DNA of 64,000 nucleotides. It comes from an uncultured Lentisphaeraceae bacterium. Its GTDB lineage: Bacteria > Verrucomicrobiota > Kiritimatiellia > RFP12 > DVOR01. The stretch is taken from positions 35,748-99,747 of the forward strand of contig CALBHX010000116.1 of the NCBI GenBank assembly GCA_937892925.1. Reading direction: 5' to 3'. Within the stretch, counting starts at the first letter, position 1. Each line of letters starts with the position of its first letter. Positions 58,368 to 64,000 of this stretch are shown here, in pieces. The notes beneath the pieces were generated by a model. The model made no database searches, had not been told where the DNA came from, and saw nothing but the letters and a program-made list of their open reading frames with translations. The translations under genes were made by a program, and so were the position numbers.

Positions 58368-58468
58368 ATCCGTATCGAACGGCGGACAATTGTTTTTCCC
58401 GAAACATGATAGAATGGATCCCGGTTGGTGCGCATGCACAACCGGGTTCGTTTTACGGAGGAAGTGGA

Positions 58469-60964
58469 ATGAGACAGTGGATGTGCAAGGCGGCGGCACA
58501 GGCGGGGCTGGCGAGTGTGTGGGGAATCGGGTTATTGACAGCTGGGTGTGATGTTGCGGCCTGCTATACACGCCCGCGGGCGGTTTTGTCGGATGGTCGC
58601 GCAGTGGAGGTAATGAAGTGGAAGCAGGTGCAGGAAGTGTGTGTGCCGGGCAATCCGGAAGCTGCACGGCTTTCCGAGCGGTCGCCGCGGAAGGAAACTC
58701 GGTTCATTGGGGAAATGGCGGAACCTTCGCCGCTGCTGCGATTTGATCTGCAGATGGCGGAGCGGCGTGCTTTGAGCGAGAAAGAGAGCCCGGAGGGCGC
58801 GGCGGGATATGTGAAGTTTCAGGTTTCGGTGACGAATGTGTCAGAGCAGCCAGTGGCATTGGATCGGCTGGTCGTTTTGAATGGGCAGTCGTTTCCTTTC
58901 AGAGGTGCTTTCCGTAAAAGCGGAAACACCGATGGTGCCGTGATGGTGTTTGAGCCGGAAGAGACGGCATCGGAATCGCGTGGGCTCTACTGGGTGGCTG
59001 TGGAGCACCCGATGACGCAGTATACATGGACCGCAGATAAGGAGCAGATATGCTCGAAAAGGCTGACGTATGCAATGTCGGACCTGATGAATCTGGGGGA
59101 TCAAAAGGGTGTGTTTTGGGTGCCGATTCGTGTGACGGCGGAGACGGTACGCCTCACGCTGTCCTATACGTCCGGGAATCGGAAGGCCTGTTTCTATAAA
59201 GTGGAGGCTGTCGAACCGAAAAGCGGCAGCGTGTTGGCGGCGGATACGCATGCCGGGGAGAGTGGAACTCGCTCAAAGAACAACACGTACACCCTCGCCG
59301 GTCTGACTCCAGGGCAGACGCTGGTTTTGCGCGTCTGGGCAGGTACCGATGGCGCAGGCGTCTCTAATGGGGCGCTTACGCTTGTGGGTGCCGAGCCGGA
59401 AGATCGCGTGACAGTGGAGATGCACGCACAGCTTACGGCTGAGATCCCGGTAGGAGAAACGCTCAGTCCGGGTCAGACACTGGCAGTTACAGCTGTGGTT
59501 GGCGACTGTGCGGAGAAAAGCCAGCTGCGCCGTGCCTTCAATGCCTATTTGAATACTGAACGGGCGCATCCGTATCGTGTGCTGCCGCATTACAATTCGT
59601 GGTATGACTTGTGTATCAATCGGAACGACAAAGAGGTCAAAGCGCGTTTCTCCGAAGCGGAGGCGCTGGCCTCCATGCGTGCGTTTCGAACAGAACTTTA
59701 TGAAAAACGGGGTGTCTTCATCAACTCTTATCTGTGGGATGACGGCTGGGATGAATGGCATTCTTTATGGAATTTCAATGCTAACTTTCCGCAGGGTTTT
59801 ACTCGCCTGGCAGAAGAAGCTCATCGTGTCAAGGGAGCATCGATTGGGTGCTGGATGAGCCCTTATGGGGGCTATGGCCGCTCGTTTGCACAACGGCTTG
59901 CTTATGCTAAGAGCAAAGGCATTGTGGATGCCGGCGCGACCGGGCTTCAGTTGGCGAAGCCAACGTATTACCGGGCTTTTCGTGACCGCGTGCTCGATAT
60001 GATCGCGCGTTATGATATGAATCTGTTTAAGTTCGACCGCATGGGCTCCGGCGCGGACGCCAATGGAGCGCATGCGCGTTATGCCGCAGATCTGCGTGCA
60101 GTGGGGCGGCTGTGCAGGGAGATGCGTGCCGCCAAGCGCGATGTCTTCATCAACTGCACCGTCGGCACCTGGGCTTCGCCCTATTGGCTGATGTGGTGCG
60201 ACAGTATCTGGAGGGGAGACGGCGATTGTGATTGGCTGGGGAATGTCGGTACGCCGCGTCAGAAATGGCTTACCTATCGCGACAATATCATTCACGACCG
60301 GATTGCTTCAAAGGCTCCGCTTTTCCCGCTTAACTCCCTGATGATGCACGGCATCATTGTCTGCCCAAGCTCCCCGATGAACACCATGCGGGACTATCGC
60401 GGTACAGGGCCCTACGTTTATGACGGCGAATCGTATGGCACGCCGACGGCTTGTGTTGACTTTGCGTCAGAGGTGTGGATGAGTGTGGCGTTGGGAACCG
60501 GGCTTCAGGAGTATTACATCTCTCCAAACCTCATGAGTAAAACCTGGTGGGATATTCTCGCTGAGGGCGTCAAATGGTTGAAAAAACAGGAGACTGTTCT
60601 GATTGATTCGCACTGGATCGGCGGCGATCCCGCTGATGGCCCCGATTTGGCCAAACGCAACGCCAGTAAGCCTGCTGCCGTTTATGGCTATGCGTCATTC
60701 AAAGGCAGAGAGGGGATCGTGATTTTGCGTAATCCCTCCGATCAGCCGCAAAGCCTTCAGGCAGACCTCGCCGGATGGCTAGAACTGCCCCCGGCGCTCC
60801 GCACAGTGCCTGTAACGTGCAGGGAAGTGTTCAATTCCACTGCCGCATACGAAAATGCGTTGCGGATGAAGCCATTCGAACCGACATGGCCAGCTACGCC
60901 GCAGGAGAAGCCGCAGTGGCGCTTGCCACCCTTCGCCGTACTCCTCTTTGAGGTAACACTTTAA
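58469..60964 (+). CDS. lipoprotein glycoside hydrolase, clan GH-D alpha-galactosidase/alpha-N-acetylgalactosaminidase-like (GH27/GH36-like TIM barrel) with N-terminal beta domain
   Basis: Lipobox LLTAGC after ATG 58469, with RBS GGAGGAAG. HYNSWYDLCI, LWDDGW and KFDRMG blocks resemble GH27/36 motifs (MGWNSW, DDGW, KxD). The ORF-track 5' extension is discarded. Confidence 0.55.
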   Translation: MRQWMCKAAAQAGLASVWGIGLLTAGCDVAACYTRPRAVLSDGRAVEVMKWKQVQEVCVPGNPEAARLSERSPRKETRFIGEMAEPSPLLRFDLQMAERRALSEKESPEGAAGYVKFQVSVTNVSEQPVALDRLVVLNGQSFPFRGAFRKSGNTDGAVMVFEPEETASESRGLYWVAVEHPMTQYTWTADKEQICSKRLTYAMSDLMNLGDQKGVFWVPIRVTAETVRLTLSYTSGNRKACFYKVEAVEPKSGSVLAADTHAGESGTRSKNNTYTLAGLTPGQTLVLRVWAGTDGAGVSNGALTLVGAEPEDRVTVEMHAQLTAEIPVGETLSPGQTLAVTAVVGDCAEKSQLRRAFNAYLNTERAHPYRVLPHYNSWYDLCINRNDKEVKARFSEAEALASMRAFRTELYEKRGVFINSYLWDDGWDEWHSLWNFNANFPQGFTRLAEEAHRVKGASIGCWMSPYGGYGRSFAQRLAYAKSKGIVDAGATGLQLAKPTYYRAFRDRVLDMIARYDMNLFKFDRMGSGADANGAHARYAADLRAVGRLCREMRAAKRDVFINCTVGTWASPYWLMWCDSIWRGDGDCDWLGNVGTPRQKWLTYRDNIIHDRIASKAPLFPLNSLMMHGIIVCPSSPMNTMRDYRGTGPYVYDGESYGTPTACVDFASEVWMSVALGTGLQEYYISPNLMSKTWWDILAEGVKWLKKQETVLIDSHWIGGDPADGPDLAKRNASKPAAVYGYASFKGREGIVILRNPSDQPQSLQADLAGWLELPPALRTVPVTCREVFNSTAAYENALRMKPFEPTWPATPQEKPQWRLPPFAVLLFEVTL

Positions 60965-61447
60965 AACTGGCAAAACTTAAAAAGAAACAAGTCTTTCCCC
61001 TGCCATCGCGCCCGAGAATGCCGAGAAGAACGGTAGGCGCGGTTTGGAACGGGATGCGCCGAGTTCGGTGAAGAGACCTTGTTCCCGAGGCGGTGTTTGC
61101 ACCGGAGAAGAGAAGGGGCGACGCGTTCGGAGATTTTTATACCCGGGGCGGAGTGAGTGTCAATCCGTCCCGGCTTTATCTCAGACTCGGGGCGGATTGA
61201 CCTCAGGACGGTTCCCGGCGTTCGTTGTGCCCAGTGGGGGTGAGCCCCCTGTCCCAGACGAGTCTTTGGATCGGCTAGGTGCAATTTGTCGCAGGCGCAG
61301 AGTCGCCCGAGGAAAAGAAAGACCTGATGAAGGGAGAAAGGAGTTGCATTTTTTGAACGGAATGTGCTATTCTTTCTCTTCACCAATGGGAAAGCGGGCA
61401 AGTTTCCCCACTTTATTTGTTGTCAGAGTAACGCAAGGATATTGACA

Positions 61448-61711
61448 ATGCCGAACATTAAGAGTGCTGCGAAGCGAGTGAAGACTGCCGCCAAGGCCAA
61501 TTTGCGCAATCGTTCTGTGAAGAGTGAGTTGCTTACCTTCCGCCGGAAGGTGGACACGGCGATCGCTGCCGGCGATAAGGCTGCTGCAACGTCTGCGGTA
61601 TCGGTTTACGCTTCCAAGCTCGACAAGGCTGTGAAAAAAGGCGTGATCAAGCATAATACGGCTGACCGTAAGAAATCGCGCACGGCGCTGGCGCTTGCCA
61701 AACTCGCCTAA
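61448..61711 (+). CDS. rpsT: 30S ribosomal protein S20
   Basis: MPNIKSAAKRVKTAAKANLRNRSVKS..., 87 aa, classic S20. The ORF-track 5' extension is discarded. Confidence 0.95.
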   Translation: MPNIKSAAKRVKTAAKANLRNRSVKSELLTFRRKVDTAIAAGDKAAATSAVSVYASKLDKAVKKGVIKHNTADRKKSRTALALAKLA

Positions 61712-61754
61712 TTTGTGGCGAAAGCCTTTCAAAACGGGACGCATGGGGCGCAGG

Positions 61755-61781
61755 AGCGCACCGTGCGCCTTGTGTTTTTTT
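61755..61781 (+). terminator. possible terminator after rpsT
   Basis: GCGCAC..GTGCGC inverted repeat followed by TTGTGTTTTTTT. Confidence 0.4.
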
Positions 61782-61916
61782 GTCGTGCAAACAGGCATGT
61801 GAAAGGCTGGCTGGGCGTATATTGGAGGCATGCGCCTGTTTTTCGTTTTGCGGCGGGCAGGCTGGGCTTGGTTTTTGATACAATGAACGCGTGTTGACCG
61901 TTTGATAAAAGGATTT

Positions 61917-63248
61917 ATGAGCATATTGGGACTTGTCTGCTTCGGATTGGTTTTTGTTTCGTTGCTGGCGTTGTCGGCCTGCTTTTCCGGGTGTGAGACG
62001 GCGATGTTGTCGCTTTCTCCGATGCAGGTGCAGCGAATTAAGGAACGGCAGGGGAAGGCGGGTGCGCGGCTGGAGCGGCTTTTAGCACAGCCGGAAGTGC
62101 TGCTTTCAACTTTGCTGATAGGAAACACGTTTGTTAATGCGGCGTTGGCGAGTGTGGGGTTGACGTTTCTGGCACGGTTGGGGTGGGTGCCGACTGCGTA
62201 TCTGGAGGTGTCGAGCATTGTGATGGTTACGCTGTTTGTGCTGCTGTTTGGGGAGATTAGCCCGAAACAGTTCGCCATTCGGCATGCAGAGGCGTTAGTC
62301 CCATTCATGACGCGGTTGCTTGCGGTTGCAATTCCGCTGCTGCGGCCGTTGTCGTGGTGCCTTCAGAAGCTGCTGCGCCCGTTTCGAAAGATGTTGACGC
62401 CGGAGCAGCGGTCGGTTTCGGACGAAGAGCTGGTGAGCGTGGTGAATCTGGGGCAGGAACATGGCGATTTGGATCGTGAAGAGGGCGCTATGGTGCGTGG
62501 AATTCTGCGGCTCAGTGAATTGAATGCATCGGATGTGATGACGCCGCGGGTGGATCTGCTGGGGCTGGACTGCAATGACCCGCCGGAGGTGCACGAGCGG
62601 ATGATGCGCGCTTCGCCTTTCGTGTGGATGCCGTTGTGGGATGATTCGGCTGATAACTTTATTGACTTTGTTGATGTGTCGCGCTATCTGCTTGATCCGC
62701 AGCATAATTTGGAGGCGGCGCGGTGCCATTGCACGACGGCGGTTCCAGAGAATATTGGGTTGGATGACTTGCTGATTTTGCTGTATCGTCAGCGGTTGCC
62801 GATGGTGCTGGTGACGGATGAGTATGGCGGGACGGCGGGGATTGTGTCGCGGGGGGATATTCTGGAATTACTGTCGCTGGAAACGGAGGATGCGCCTTCG
62901 CCGGAATTGGTTCCGGATATTCGCTGCCAGGGGCCAAATTGCTGGGTGGTGGCGGGGGATGCTGCACTGGAGCAGATTAACTTTGAGCTAGGGACGCACT
63001 TGGAGGCGGATGACGCGGATCGAATGAGTGGGTGGGTGACGTTTCATGCGGGGAAGATTCCGCGGGTGGGCGAGGTGATTGAGGCGGATGGTTACCGGGT
63101 GGCGGTGCAGCGGATGCGCCGACGGAAGATTTTGGAGGTGTTGCTGGAGGATCTGGATCCCGGTTCACGGGATTGCGATTTACCGCATGAGCCTTCGGCG
63201 GAGGCAGAGGCCGCAGGAGAGACAGTAGAGGCGGAGGCGTTGGCATGA
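61917..63248 (+). CDS. CNNM/CorC/HlyC-family transporter (DUF21 + CBS pair + CorC_HlyC domain)
   Basis: DUF21 TM domain with the LIGNTFVNA motif, CBS region, and a C-terminal transporter-associated domain. Confidence 0.8.
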   Translation: MSILGLVCFGLVFVSLLALSACFSGCETAMLSLSPMQVQRIKERQGKAGARLERLLAQPEVLLSTLLIGNTFVNAALASVGLTFLARLGWVPTAYLEVSSIVMVTLFVLLFGEISPKQFAIRHAEALVPFMTRLLAVAIPLLRPLSWCLQKLLRPFRKMLTPEQRSVSDEELVSVVNLGQEHGDLDREEGAMVRGILRLSELNASDVMTPRVDLLGLDCNDPPEVHERMMRASPFVWMPLWDDSADNFIDFVDVSRYLLDPQHNLEAARCHCTTAVPENIGLDDLLILLYRQRLPMVLVTDEYGGTAGIVSRGDILELLSLETEDAPSPELVPDIRCQGPNCWVVAGDAALEQINFELGTHLEADDADRMSGWVTFHAGKIPRVGEVIEADGYRVAVQRMRRRKILEVLLEDLDPGSRDCDLPHEPSAEAEAAGETVEAEALA

Positions 63249-64000
63249 GTGAGATGAGCTTGTGGATGACGTTGGGTCTGGTGCTGTTTTTCTTTTTGGG
63301 AAGCTGGTTTTTCTCGGGGTTTGAGAGCGGCATGATTTCGTTGAACCGCCATCGGCTGATTCATCGGATTCGCCATGGGGATGTGCAGGCCAAAGCGCTT
63401 GCATCAGTGCTGCGCGATTCGCATCGGCTGCTAGCTACTACTTTGGTCGGGAACAATATCTGCAACGTGACGCTGTCTACGCTGATTGCGGCTTTGGCGG
63501 TGACGGCGGCGCGGTGGTGGGCGTGGGATGAGGCTGCAACGCAGACGGTGGCGACAGCCGGCGCAGCGGTGCTTTTGCTTGTGATAGGCGAGTTTCTACC
63601 CAAATTATGGTTTACGGCGCGCCCGATTGAGCGGTGCCGGCCGTTGCTCCCGGTGTTTTTTTGCGCGCGTGCGGTGTTGTACCCATTGGCCTCCCTGTGC
63701 ATGATATTGACGCGGCTGGTGACGCCGCGGAAGCGGCGGGGGCGGAAACGGTCGCCTTTTCTGTCGCGGGAGAGTCTGGCCTTTCTGATGCGGGATTCGG
63801 AGGCGCATGGTCAGATTTCGGCCTTTGAGCGCATGATGATCTGCCGGGTGTTGGAATTGCAGCTGCGCCGGGCTACGCAACTTATGACGCCGCTGGCCAA
63901 GATGGCGCGGGTGTATGAGAGTGACAATTTGGCCACGGTTTTGCGTGTGTTTCGGCAGAGCCGGCATCGGATATTGCCGTTATTTTCGGATGATGGCGCG
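63245..64000 (+). CDS. second CNNM/CorC-family transporter paralog (3' truncated by window end)
   Basis: ATGA overlap with the upstream paralog. DUF21 domain with the LVGNNICNV motif. The frame is open to the window end. Confidence 0.7.
   Translation, partial: MSEMSLWMTLGLVLFFFLGSWFFSGFESGMISLNRHRLIHRIRHGDVQAKALASVLRDSHRLLATTLVGNNICNVTLSTLIAALAVTAARWWAWDEAATQTVATAGAAVLLLVIGEFLPKLWFTARPIERCRPLLPVFFCARAVLYPLASLCMILTRLVTPRKRRGRKRSPFLSRESLAFLMRDSEAHGQISAFERMMICRVLELQLRRATQLMTPLAKMARVYESDNLATVLRVFRQSRHRILPLFSDDGA

Noticed and set aside
58073-58468. N-terminal 132-aa extension of the GH27-like gene in the ORF track
   Set aside because: It overlaps the 3' end of the cstA-like gene and has no homology. 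A clean lipoprotein start (ATG 58469 with RBS and LTAGC lipobox) is present downstream.
1-64000. CRISPR arrays, rRNA, integrases/transposases
   Set aside because: No regularly spaced direct repeats, no rRNA-like sequence and no recognisable recombinase/transposase ORF were seen. The two decayed islands contain only Sel1 and RHS-like remnants.

Overview
This 64-kb window is a gene-dense, high-GC (about 60%) bacterial chromosomal segment. Intergenic and decayed stretches are markedly more AT-rich than the genes.

Gene content:
- Positions 1-13.1 kb, all on the + strand: a compact fatty-acid synthesis block (fabH 3' end, fabF, fabZ-like, fabV), then carboxy(nor)spermidine dehydrogenase, proA, a 5-formyl-THF cyclo-ligase, an FAD oxidoreductase, a PqqB/PhnP-like MBL hydrolase, a long U32 peptidase and a heparinase II/III-like protein.
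- 13.1-14.3 kb: an AT-rich decayed island with a frameshifted Sel1-repeat pseudogene.
- 14.3-17.8 kb: two DEAD-box RNA helicases and queD, translationally coupled.
- 18.3-42.2 kb: 24 consecutive minus-strand genes, many with overlapping stop/start codons. They include lysE, maf, a patB-like C-S lyase, murD, a 1089-aa polytopic TPR membrane protein, an atypical pseudopilin-fold protein and ruvB. They continue with DUF4861, a glycosyltransferase, an LpxC-like deacetylase, a long uridine-kinase-family protein, a canonical GspG pseudopilin and GspF platform (no ATPase or secretin nearby), an alpha/beta hydrolase and polA. The run ends with two hypothetical proteins and a 1036-aa AsmA/TamB-like protein.
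- 42.4-51.3 kb: thiC, then a DnaQ-like exonuclease overlapping a CPBP/Abi protease, a GH33 sialidase, a TAT-signal sulfatase, corA and a Kdo-kinase-like protein.
- 51.35-52.3 kb: an AT-rich region with an RHS/YD-repeat remnant, abutting tandem tRNA-Pro(GGG) and tRNA-Val(GAC).
- 52.7-64 kb: a GH63-like hydrolase, pdxB, a secreted CxxCxGxG zinc-finger protein preceded by a 9-G tract, a cstA-like transporter, a GH27-like lipoprotein, rpsT and two tandem CNNM/CorC paralogs (the second truncated by the window end).

No CRISPR array, rRNA gene or intact mobile element was seen.

The glycan-degrading repertoire (sialidase, sulfatase, GH27-like, heparinase-like) together with abundant pseudopilins suggests a PVC-group (Verrucomicrobia-like) mucin/glycan degrader; this is inference only.

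Caveat: the ORF track treats TTG/GTG as start codons, so several listed ORF starts are upstream extensions; I moved starts to the first plausible ATG where homology supports it. My base-by-base position reading may be off by +/-1 in a few places.
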